Below, piece after piece: positions 15,793 to 24,739 of a stretch of 33,988 bases of DNA (position 1 is its first letter; each line of letters opens with the position of its first letter). The notes beneath the pieces were generated by a model. It had not been told where the DNA came from, made no database searches, and saw only the letters and a program-made list of their open reading frames with translations. The DNA lies in sequence record OM401714.1, one strand, 5' to 3'. Both the position numbers and the translations under genes were made by a program.

Positions 15793-18700
15793 ATGAGTTT
15801 CCTCTTAAATCTTGGAGATTTAGGAACATTTTTTTCAGATGAGCTAACAGCATTAGAACAATTTACAAATTTCTTAAGTTCTGATTTTATAAACTTTTTT
15901 AGTACTGTAGTTAATGATATTGAAAATGTTGTAAGTTTCTTAGGTCAAGCAATTAGCGATATTCCTACTTTTATGCAAAAAATTGCTAACAATTTCTTAA
16001 CTGTTTTGCAGAATTTTGTACAAACTGCAATTCCAGTAGTAAGTGGATTTTTAACATTTCTTGAACAACAAATTGTAAATGTATTTCAAGATTTATCTTC
16101 TTTAGCTTCTACATTTATAAATGATGCTTATTCATTTTTCCAAGATGTTGTTAATGTATTTTCACAAATAATAAGTGTTGTTGTGCAAGATTTTCTAAAT
16201 TTCGTTGGTCAAAATATGAAACATATTAGTTCTTCAATTTCGCAAATTACACAATTTCTAACGCCCTTTATCGCACCTATTACAATTGGTAAATTTTTGC
16301 CAACAATAATAGACAAATTAGCTGAAATTCTTCCAGAAGTTGAAATTGATTTAGCTCCAGTTGGCTTAGGTGGAAAAATTCCAATTAACTTTGGAGAAAT
16401 TGTAAAAGCGTTTGCGGAAACTAGTGTTGATTTTCTAAATGAAGTCAGACAAGAAATTCAAGTTACACTTAAAGAATTTATAAAAGAACCATTTATTTCA
16501 GATTTTAAAATTACTGCGAGAGAAATATTTAATGAAATTGGACTTGGAGATTTACCATTTGCAGATCCTCCATTTGTACAAATTGCAAAATGGGTAGGTG
16601 CAAGATCATTTTCTGAAATTAAAGATCATTTAAGAGAAACAATTCTATTAACTGGATTTCCAGCATGGTTTACGGACGCTTATCTAGAATCTCCAGTTGA
16701 TGATTTCGTGCCAAGAAATCCACTTTTTAAACCAGTTAGTATAAGAGATGTAATTTTAGCTTCTCAATACGGAATTGTAGACTTTAGTGCAGTTTCTCAA
16801 TACGCTGAAAATAATTTAATAACTCCAAAAACTGCTAAATTAATGTATCAAAATGAAACTGCTAGATTATTACAAAGAGCAGTAGAATTAGGAATTAGAC
16901 AATTCGTTATTTCTCCAAATGAAGCTTATCAAGAAATAATAAATAATATAAATTTAGCTGGAAAAGACTTATATCTAAAAGTTTTCACTTTAGAATATAA
17001 TTATTCAGTTCAAAGAATTGTTAGACAATTTTTAAGAACACTTTTAAGTCGTGCCTTAACCAATTTTGGAAGACCTTATATAGATTTAAAGTTTTTAGAA
17101 TCTACAGTTCAAAAATTATTTAAAGAACTTAATTATCCTGAAGAAGTTCAAAATGTTTTTAACATTATGATAGAACAATCTCAAATTGTCTACACTAATC
17201 AATTACTTTTGACACAATTAGAACAACTTACAAGATTAGGAATATTTGATGAAAAGAAAGTGAGAGAAATACTAAAAGCTAATAATTTTAATGAACAACT
17301 TACATTAACAATTTTGAATTATGAACTTCAACATGTACAATTACAGTATATCTTAAAAGAATTTCAATTTAAATTACAAAATTACATTATTAGTTCAAAA
17401 GATGTGGAAAAAGAGTTAAAACATTTAGGCTTTGATTCTTCTATAATTTCTGAAGTCATATTTGAATATCAAACTGCTCCATTAACGAAATATCAAATTA
17501 GCCAAATTGAAAGCTTAGCAAGAAAAGGATATTTATCAGCTGATGAAATTATAAAACAATTACATAGTTTAGGTGTAATTAAAGAATTTGAAGACATATT
17601 TATCACTTATGTAAATCAAGAAATTCAAATATCTTCAATTCTCTCCATTATAAAACAACAATTAAGGAATTTCCTAATAGATTCAAAAACTGTAGAAAAT
17701 GAATTAAAAGCATTAAAAATTAACGAATATTTAATAAACGAAATAATTCAAGAAGAATATAACATAAATATTGCTAAATTGCAATTATCATATTTGGAAA
17801 CTTTAGCTAAGAATTTATACTATGATCAAGCTCAATTGTCTGGAGAATTAGCAAAAATTTTGAAAGATAGAACTGCAATTGATTTATATGCTCAAAAATT
17901 CTATTATGAATATGTATTTCCAAAAATTGTAAATTATTACACACAATTAGCAAGACACGGTATTATTTCTAAGATTTCTAATTTACCAAAAGAAATTGTA
18001 CAATATGAAATTCAACCCGCAATTCAAGTTTTCCAACTCACGACAGAATTAGAATATATAAAATCACTATTAAGAGATCTAGAAATTAAACCAACAGATG
18101 CTATAAATGAATTAGAAAAATTAGGAATGCAAAAAGACTTAGCTACTTTATTTGTACAAACTTATATACCGACATTTTTCAATTTACATACAATTATTCA
18201 AAATATTATTGAAGGTCAGCTTTTCAAAGTCGGAAAAATTCCGATTAACTTAGGAAATGCGGAACAACAATTAAGACAACTAGGAATTCCAGAAAATCAA
18301 ATCAAAGTTTTACTAGAACAATATGCTTCAAGTTTTGGTCTTGAAATTTGGAGAAAATTCTTACCTTCACTTTCTCAAATTGAAACTGCAATAAAGTATA
18401 ACTTTCCAATTAATCAATTAGTTGAATATTCATTTATACCATCTGAATTTCTAAATCTTTATGCTAATTTATATCAACATGAATTAGTAGGACAATATGT
18501 GCAATCTTTGAGAAGTGAATATATTCAACTTCTCACCTATGGAGTGCAAAATATACAATTAGAAAGTTTGATGAGACAATATGGAATTAATGATGTTTTC
18601 TTAAACGTTTTCAAATTATCAGCTCAAATTAGAAAATTATTAATGGCTTATCAAGAGCTTTATATCACGCCATCTAAAGCGTTATCGATTAGTGAATATT

Positions 18701-18969
18701 TATCAAATCCAACACAATTATTACAAAAAGTCTTTTCTGACTTCCAAGTTCCTTCAGACTTACAAAATACATATTTCGAATATGCTAGAAATAGGAGAGT
18801 TAGGCGTTATGTTGATGAAATAATTACAACAATTAATTTACTATTTGAAAGGCAAAAAATAGATCTAAATACGGCTCAACAATATTTACAACAATTGAAA
18901 AAATACGGATTAACTGATGAAGAAATTCAATTAATCTTACTGAATTGGCAATTAAGGTCAGCATACTAA
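15793..18969 (+). CDS. Terminal-fibre structural protein (SIRV ORF1070-like), 1058 aa
   Basis: Size, position after hjc/ORF69, amphipathic N-terminus and helical internal repeats. Confidence 0.9.
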   Translation: MSFLLNLGDLGTFFSDELTALEQFTNFLSSDFINFFSTVVNDIENVVSFLGQAISDIPTFMQKIANNFLTVLQNFVQTAIPVVSGFLTFLEQQIVNVFQDLSSLASTFINDAYSFFQDVVNVFSQIISVVVQDFLNFVGQNMKHISSSISQITQFLTPFIAPITIGKFLPTIIDKLAEILPEVEIDLAPVGLGGKIPINFGEIVKAFAETSVDFLNEVRQEIQVTLKEFIKEPFISDFKITAREIFNEIGLGDLPFADPPFVQIAKWVGARSFSEIKDHLRETILLTGFPAWFTDAYLESPVDDFVPRNPLFKPVSIRDVILASQYGIVDFSAVSQYAENNLITPKTAKLMYQNETARLLQRAVELGIRQFVISPNEAYQEIINNINLAGKDLYLKVFTLEYNYSVQRIVRQFLRTLLSRALTNFGRPYIDLKFLESTVQKLFKELNYPEEVQNVFNIMIEQSQIVYTNQLLLTQLEQLTRLGIFDEKKVREILKANNFNEQLTLTILNYELQHVQLQYILKEFQFKLQNYIISSKDVEKELKHLGFDSSIISEVIFEYQTAPLTKYQISQIESLARKGYLSADEIIKQLHSLGVIKEFEDIFITYVNQEIQISSILSIIKQQLRNFLIDSKTVENELKALKINEYLINEIIQEEYNINIAKLQLSYLETLAKNLYYDQAQLSGELAKILKDRTAIDLYAQKFYYEYVFPKIVNYYTQLARHGIISKISNLPKEIVQYEIQPAIQVFQLTTELEYIKSLLRDLEIKPTDAINELEKLGMQKDLATLFVQTYIPTFFNLHTIIQNIIEGQLFKVGKIPINLGNAEQQLRQLGIPENQIKVLLEQYASSFGLEIWRKFLPSLSQIETAIKYNFPINQLVEYSFIPSEFLNLYANLYQHELVGQYVQSLRSEYIQLLTYGVQNIQLESLMRQYGINDVFLNVFKLSAQIRKLLMAYQELYITPSKALSISEYLSNPTQLLQKVFSDFQVPSDLQNTYFEYARNRRVRRYVDEIITTINLLFERQKIDLNTAQQYLQQLKKYGLTDEEIQLILLNWQLRSAY

Positions 18970-18995
18970 TAAAAAAGAACACCAAGAACTCATCA

Positions 18996-19015
18996 TATAC
19001 ATAATATTATGTATA
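18996..19015. promoter_or_regulatory. Palindromic operator
   Basis: TATACATA-ATTA-TATGTATA with perfect 8-bp arms, upstream of the 566-aa gene. Confidence 0.75.
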
Positions 19016-19057
19016 AGTTATGTGTACTTATTTTTGTCAAGTCAATAATTTTTTCAT

Positions 19058-20758
19058 ATGAGTTTACCATATAAAGTACGTTTCAAATTACCTTTAGAAT
19101 TTTTAACTTTACAAGACTGGAATAACTTTGTACAAAATTTATTGTTTATAAATCAATATGGTTCGGCAAAATTATTACAATATTATCAAAATGGCAATTT
19201 TCAGAATTTAAATGATGTAATTGCAAAATATCTATATGTTTCAGCTTTAAAAATCGCTGGATATAATGTTTTACATAATTTATCTGCACCGTTAGCTTAT
19301 ACCTTTGGAGAAGGAAAACAACAACCGTTTGAAAGCATGGCAAATAAACCAATAATTCAATTGAAGTCTATAATATTTCCAATTCTAAATTTTCAGATAC
19401 AATTATCTAAAGTTAGTAAACAATTACAACTATTAATTCCTAAATTAACAAGTAAAATTATAACTCCTAATAATATTGCAGGTACTCAATTTATATTTTC
19501 TGGAACTGCAACAGTTGAGCAACTTATTGAAAATTATTTAGACCCATCATATTTACAAACATGGAGAGAAATAATAATACAAAATCTTGGAACTTCTGCA
19601 GTACAAATAAACAATTCTATCTATCTAATGCCTAAGAATTGTCTAAAAATAACTGCAAGTTCTCCATCAGAAATTCAATTAACTGCACAAACCCCAACTT
19701 TATTAAGTGAAGAAATTGAATTTACTGGAATTCCGATAACATTTTATACAATTACAATAACAAATAATCAACCAGATCCAACACCTTTACCATTTCAACA
19801 ATTGTTAAATTTGAATTTATCATCTATATTATCAAGTTCTAGTCAACTTTTGAATTTACAATTTTGCTTAGATGTGAATTGTAATACTCCATTATATGCA
19901 TGGATTGAAAGTTACAATTCGAATTTATCAAGTGTTTATATTTGGATAAATTTACCAACTTCAATTCCCGCAAATGGCTCATTAACTATCTATATGTTTA
20001 TCAGAAATTCAATACAATATCCTTACACTGGAATAAGACCAGATTTAACCACAACTTACGCACAATATGATAATGGAAAAAATGTATTTTTAATTTATTT
20101 TAACGGAAATGAACCATTATCTAATTTTAATAATCAAGGAAATTCATTAACTCAAATATCCACAACTGGGCCGTTAGGAAATACAATAAATGCAATTTAT
20201 ATAAGCGGTTATAATTCACATTTTGGATTTGTATATACTCCTAAATATATATCAAATCAACCAGTAATTGCAGAATCATCAGTAATAGATTTAGGAAATC
20301 AAGCCGGTGGATTAAATGCAGATAACGGATTTTCTTCTATAGTTGATAGTACTTCAATTGGTAATTTAAATGCTATAAGCGTAGATATGGGATATTCCGG
20401 TTCTTATTTTTCTAATGATTATTTTATAAGTGGAACTCAAACTTCTGATGTAAATCCTCAAGGATCCGCAGTATCACAATGGCTTTATGCATGGGTTGTA
20501 TATTCTGGATCATCAGCTAGTTCATGGTATGGATGTATAGCTCCTCAATTTTATAGTTCAACTGGCGGTTATTGTGGTACAGTTAACAATAATCCATTTT
20601 CTAGTTCTTCTCAATTATATTTAGGTATAATTGGTAGTGTAAATTCTAGTTATCAATGGCAAACCGCATGGAACTTTATGAGATTAAGAGCTTATCCACC
20701 AAATAATATCATGCCTTCAAATTCTCAACCACAAAAAACTATAATATTAATCACGTGA
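19058..20758 (+). CDS. Putative minor virion / receptor-binding protein with DUF2341-like domain, 566 aa
   Basis: The N-part resembles the 267-aa ORF. From aa ~229 it has ITITNN...LQF...PLYAWIE...YIWINLP..IPANGSLTIYM, then a beta-rich S/N/G region. Confidence 0.75.
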   Translation: MSLPYKVRFKLPLEFLTLQDWNNFVQNLLFINQYGSAKLLQYYQNGNFQNLNDVIAKYLYVSALKIAGYNVLHNLSAPLAYTFGEGKQQPFESMANKPIIQLKSIIFPILNFQIQLSKVSKQLQLLIPKLTSKIITPNNIAGTQFIFSGTATVEQLIENYLDPSYLQTWREIIIQNLGTSAVQINNSIYLMPKNCLKITASSPSEIQLTAQTPTLLSEEIEFTGIPITFYTITITNNQPDPTPLPFQQLLNLNLSSILSSSSQLLNLQFCLDVNCNTPLYAWIESYNSNLSSVYIWINLPTSIPANGSLTIYMFIRNSIQYPYTGIRPDLTTTYAQYDNGKNVFLIYFNGNEPLSNFNNQGNSLTQISTTGPLGNTINAIYISGYNSHFGFVYTPKYISNQPVIAESSVIDLGNQAGGLNADNGFSSIVDSTSIGNLNAISVDMGYSGSYFSNDYFISGTQTSDVNPQGSAVSQWLYAWVVYSGSSASSWYGCIAPQFYSSTGGYCGTVNNNPFSSSSQLYLGIIGSVNSSYQWQTAWNFMRLRAYPPNNIMPSNSQPQKTIILIT

Positions 20759-20765
20759 TGTAAAA

Positions 20766-22304
20766 ATGTCTTCAACTTACTGCGTTCAATTACCAGAAAA
20801 TCTTTTATTATTATCTATGACCACAGTAAATCCTATAAATTTTACATCTTTGCAATTTTCATTAAGCGTAAATTCGCTAGTTATTTTTCTATTTTCAAAA
20901 TATCCTTTTAATGCCGGTTATTATAATAATTTTTGTGTTAATGCTGATGAATTTGGATTTGCACAAGTTGGTCAAAATTTCAATATAGATTTATCAAATT
21001 ATCAAAATTATTATATGTTAATGTTAATTTATCCACAAGGAATTAGTTTAAAGAGTTTTAAAAGTTGCGTTCCGGCTCAAGGTTTAACTATGACTTTTCA
21101 GAATACAACAATTTCACCAATTGGAAGCGAAACTGTAATTAATAATTTTGATGGTCAAAAAGAAACTGGATTTTGTTTATGTTATGATGGTCAAAGTCAT
21201 GTAATAGGAATTCTATGTAATAATTCAAATTATGTTTCTGCTATTTCATTAGATAATTTAAATAATCAATTATTAATAATGACTTGTCAAGGATTTATTT
21301 ATCAAAATAATACAACTGTAGGATTTATAACACCAAGTACATGCGGTACTTTTGGTTCATATTTAACAGCAGAAATAACATTTATTGCAAATCAATCAGT
21401 TATAGATTTTTTACAAAATAATGGTATCTCTTATAATATTTTATCATCTACTTCATGTCAATCAACTTATAAATTACTTCCATGTACTTTACCATGCAAA
21501 TCATTTTATCAAATTACAAAATTATTATCTCCTCCAACTAAATATTCATTAATTTCCTCAAATTTGTGGAATGAAATTGTACAAGATTTATATCTAACTT
21601 ATAGCGTATTTAAATACATTAGATATTTAACACAATATGCATATTTAGATTATATATATCCTACAATTTTAGACTTTTATAATTTTTATGAGAACTTTCA
21701 ACCATATTCATTTGTTCCGTTATTGTATGCACAAAAAGGAATTCCATTAACTGTAAATGATTTTAACAAATTAATAGATGCAATTATAGAATTAGCAAAT
21801 GAAAATAATATAAAATTGCAAAAAGGACTTTCTTACGTTCAACGTGATCAAGTCGTAAAAGCTAAACAATTTGCAGATATAGTTTATGATGTTAATCAAT
21901 TTCTAACTTTCAATCAAAATCAATATTTTCTATTAGATTGTAATGGATCAATTTTCTCGAATTTATTAAATACACAAAATGCATTTCTAAATGTTATAAT
22001 TAACAATCTAGTAAATTCACTTAATATTCCTTCAAACGTTTATATTAAAAACTTATTAATATATACTTCAAATCAAACTATTTATAATTACGGTGCAATA
22101 GATAAATTAATAATTAATATTAATAACGGCGAAATTTATCTTAATGATAATTCATTTATAAATTATCTACTTATAACTGACAATAATAACAATATTTATA
22201 TAAATGATAATTCAGTAATAAATAATTTAATTTGTATTAGCAATACTGGAACTATAAATATCTCAGCAAATGCAATAATTAAAAATAATCAGTGTAATTT
22301 ATAA
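20766..22304 (+). CDS. Putative minor virion protein (SIRV2 ORF564-like), 512 aa
   Basis: Lies in the fibre operon. Has LWNEIVQDL / DFNKLIDAI motifs and C-terminal Asn/Ile beta-helix-like repeats. Confidence 0.75.
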   Translation: MSSTYCVQLPENLLLLSMTTVNPINFTSLQFSLSVNSLVIFLFSKYPFNAGYYNNFCVNADEFGFAQVGQNFNIDLSNYQNYYMLMLIYPQGISLKSFKSCVPAQGLTMTFQNTTISPIGSETVINNFDGQKETGFCLCYDGQSHVIGILCNNSNYVSAISLDNLNNQLLIMTCQGFIYQNNTTVGFITPSTCGTFGSYLTAEITFIANQSVIDFLQNNGISYNILSSTSCQSTYKLLPCTLPCKSFYQITKLLSPPTKYSLISSNLWNEIVQDLYLTYSVFKYIRYLTQYAYLDYIYPTILDFYNFYENFQPYSFVPLLYAQKGIPLTVNDFNKLIDAIIELANENNIKLQKGLSYVQRDQVVKAKQFADIVYDVNQFLTFNQNQYFLLDCNGSIFSNLLNTQNAFLNVIINNLVNSLNIPSNVYIKNLLIYTSNQTIYNYGAIDKLIININNGEIYLNDNSFINYLLITDNNNNIYINDNSVINNLICISNTGTINISANAIIKNNQCNL

Positions 22305-22781
22305 CTTACAAAATACAAACTCTTTATTATCATCAGTTATGAAAGTCAAAATTGTTCCATATAATTTTTTCAATAATTCAAATTTATTTTCTGTCCATTC
22401 ATGTATAGCTATACAATATTGCTTATATTTTTGTAATTGTGAAAAGTCTAAATTTTTTTCACAACCTTCACAATCCATCACGAAAATATCAGTATCTGGA
22501 TATTCATTACCTTTCCACTCTCCATGAACCTCAACTTTGTCACAAATCTGGAATTCTTTACATACTTTTTCTTTAAATCTCTTGTTTAATTTGTCGCTTT
22601 TTTCATATCCAATTATATGTTTTGCACCTTTTAACAAAAAATATAAAGCCGAACTTCCACAATCATTTCCAACTATTGTAATTGTTTTATTTTCAACTTG
22701 TAATTTACCATAAGCTAAATCAAACTCATGCCAATAACAACATTCTAATTTACAAAAATAATCTTTATAATTTATACTCAT
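22299..22781 (-). CDS. SAM-dependent methyltransferase (SIRV ORF158-like)
   Basis: TIVGNDCGSSALYF motif I, IIGYE motif II, and FVMDCEGCE (FkbM-like). Confidence 0.88.
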   Translation of the reverse strand: MSINYKDYFCKLECCYWHEFDLAYGKLQVENKTITIVGNDCGSSALYFLLKGAKHIIGYEKSDKLNKRFKEKVCKEFQICDKVEVHGEWKGNEYPDTDIFVMDCEGCEKNLDFSQLQKYKQYCIAIHEWTENKFELLKKLYGTILTFITDDNKEFVFCKL

Positions 22782-22786
22782 ATTTC

Positions 22787-22885
22787 CACCACGTCGTTAA
22801 TTCTGAACTTCTGACATGACATTATTAAATTTACAATTGCAAATTTGGACTGGTTCAGCCTTAATTCTGAATTATAGAATTTCAA
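22787..22885 (-). repeat. 99-bp element, copy A (inverted relative to 24633-24731)
   Basis: 73/99 ungapped identity to copy B. Contains TAATTC-A-GAATTA, TATA+TGTCAT and GACGTGGTG. Confidence 0.85.
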
Positions 22886-22898
22886 ATTTGACTTCACC

Positions 22899-23081
22899 TT
22901 AATCAAATAATCTAGCATTTTCTTCATATAATTTGTTACATATTGAATAACAATCATTAACATCATCTGGAAAATCTTTTTTATCACACATTTCATAACA
23001 TTCATGAACAATATTATTTAAACAAACAAAATCTGAACATTCTCTAAATTTTTCTAGAAAATAACTCCACATATTCATCAA
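22899..23081 (-). CDS. Cys-rich acidic 60-aa protein
   Basis: Six Cys (CxxxxC, CxxxC, CxxxC). Starts 2 bp after the stop of the 267-aa gene. Confidence 0.65.
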   Translation of the reverse strand: MMNMWSYFLEKFRECSDFVCLNNIVHECYEMCDKKDFPDDVNDCYSICNKLYEENARLFD

Positions 23082-23083
23082 CT

Positions 23084-23887
23084 TTACACAACCTCAAATA
23101 GAGCATAAACTTTAGCTTTTCCAGTTGCCCATGCATAAATATTACTAGGATTATTCACGTGAATTTCTAAACTATCATTTGGCAAAATTGGAAAATTATT
23201 ATATAATTGATTTCCAATATAAACTATATAATTACTCAAATTCTGTAATATTATTCTAACAGTTTCTATTGACGGGCCGGAATAAAGTGGACTAGGAGTA
23301 GTAGAGACATCTAACTGTAAACCTTCTATAGTTGGCGGACTTAAATATAAAGTTAATTTATTTATTGTATTCGCTAAACCTACAGTTGCTAAATATACAT
23401 AATCAAGTACATATTCTATAGAATTCGCAACAAAATAAATTGCATTTTGTAACGAAATTCCTAATTTTTTAGAAATTGAATTTATTAAAACATAAAATGA
23501 CTCATAAAAGTTCTCAAAATTTTGTGCAAGTGTATTGCTAATTTGATTAGGCAATTTGATAATTGAGTAATATAATTGTTCATTTGAATATAAAATTAAA
23601 TTTATTTGTTGTTGAGCAGTTGAAACAAATCCAGCAATATAAATTGGATCAAGTTCCGTAATGACAGGCTGACCCGCAACATAAATTTCATCATAGAAAA
23701 ATCCAGAACTAGCAGTTATTGAATTCGGAATTGTCAAATTTCCATTTTTCAAAATTGAAGTAACTGCATTTCCACCAGTTTCATACAATTGAATTAAAAG
23801 CAAAGATGCAGTATTCCACATGGAAGATGTTAAACGCTGAAATGGTGAAGCCAACAAACTTGAAATTGAAGCATACGTTATACTCAT
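23084..23887 (-). CDS. 267-aa probable virion-associated protein (SIRV2 ORF269-like)
   Basis: N-terminal LTSSMWNT motif and C-terminal IILQN...PILPNDSLEI beta domain. Palindrome upstream. Confidence 0.8.
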   Translation of the reverse strand: MSITYASISSLLASPFQRLTSSMWNTASLLLIQLYETGGNAVTSILKNGNLTIPNSITASSGFFYDEIYVAGQPVITELDPIYIAGFVSTAQQQINLILYSNEQLYYSIIKLPNQISNTLAQNFENFYESFYVLINSISKKLGISLQNAIYFVANSIEYVLDYVYLATVGLANTINKLTLYLSPPTIEGLQLDVSTTPSPLYSGPSIETVRIILQNLSNYIVYIGNQLYNNFPILPNDSLEIHVNNPSNIYAWATGKAKVYALFEVV

Positions 23888-23929
23888 ATGTTTATATTCT
23901 CAACTTGCAGTAAAAATAAACTCATACCT

Positions 23930-23949
23930 TATACATAATATAATGTATA
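23930..23949. promoter_or_regulatory. Palindromic operator
   Basis: TATACATAATATAATGTATA, between divergent genes. Confidence 0.75.
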
Positions 23950-24018
23950 TGAGTTGATGTAATTGATCTCATAACGATTTAGCAATATTTTAATTTGTCA
24001 TGAACTTGAGAAATAATT

Positions 24019-24624
24019 ATGAAAATCTTTACTTTTGTTGGATATACAAAACATCTTTCAGAATTGGATTTTGATTATGTTACAGTAGATAAAACATTTA
24101 ACGATTTAACTCCAGAATTAGAAGAGAAATATAAAGATAAAATTATCTGGAATGAAACAAATAGTAACATAAGATGGGTAAGAATAGCAAAACAATTACT
24201 AAAAATTCTAGAAATAGCAAAAGATTTAGATGATGATGTATTTGCAATAATTGACAGTGATCTAATTGTTCCAAAATTACGCGATATTGATCCACAAAAT
24301 AAAATTTTGACTTTATGTTATTGGCTATATTACGACTGGGCTAATGAAGTCAGACCATTCTGTTCTGGTACAAATTATATATTTAATAAAAAACATATCA
24401 CAATTTTAGAATCTGTAATTAATGTTTATTTAGAAAAAGAATATTATAAAGAATTTCCAATTGATATATTTCTACATGACCATATTTTACATATAAATGT
24501 TCTAAAACTTGGAACTATTCATTACGTAAAAACTCCAGAAGGAGAAAAGAAAATGGAATTTAAACTAGATGATATTTCACAATTATTTAAACATATTCCA
24601 GAATTTGTTTTAATTAGTTGGTGA
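24019..24624 (+). CDS. GT-A-fold glycosyltransferase, 201 aa
   Basis: FAIIDSDLIV DxD motif. Position before the GT-B gene is as in SIRVs. Confidence 0.8.
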   Translation: MKIFTFVGYTKHLSELDFDYVTVDKTFNDLTPELEEKYKDKIIWNETNSNIRWVRIAKQLLKILEIAKDLDDDVFAIIDSDLIVPKLRDIDPQNKILTLCYWLYYDWANEVRPFCSGTNYIFNKKHITILESVINVYLEKEYYKEFPIDIFLHDHILHINVLKLGTIHYVKTPEGEKKMEFKLDDISQLFKHIPEFVLISW

Positions 24625-24632
24625 GGACAAGA

Positions 24633-24731
24633 ATGAAATTCATTAATTCAGAATTAAGTCCGATCCAATCCAAGTTAAAAATTAAAGATATTAAAATGTC
24701 ATTTTCTAAACTTTGAATTAAGGACGTGGTG
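24633..24731 (+). repeat. 99-bp element, copy B
   Basis: 73/99 ungapped identity to the reverse complement of 22787-22885. Contains the perfect TTAATTC-A-GAATTAA. Confidence 0.85.
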
Positions 24732-24739
24732 ATACAAAT

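Noticed and set aside
19146-19352. 68-aa minus-strand ORF
   Set aside because: Shadow of the 566-aa gene.
22339-22527. 62-aa plus-strand ORF
   Set aside because: Shadow of the methyltransferase.
22787-22885. TTCAGAATTAA twice, 64 nt apart, as a possible repeat-spacer-repeat mini-array
   Set aside because: No ATTGAAA(G/C) handle, and the supposed spacer is conserved between the two element copies instead of being unique.
22778-23011. 77-aa minus-strand ORF
   Set aside because: Its 5' half overlaps the Cys-rich 60-aa gene out of frame. Only the last 35 codons (TTG 22885) have an RBS, and they belong to the 99-bp element.
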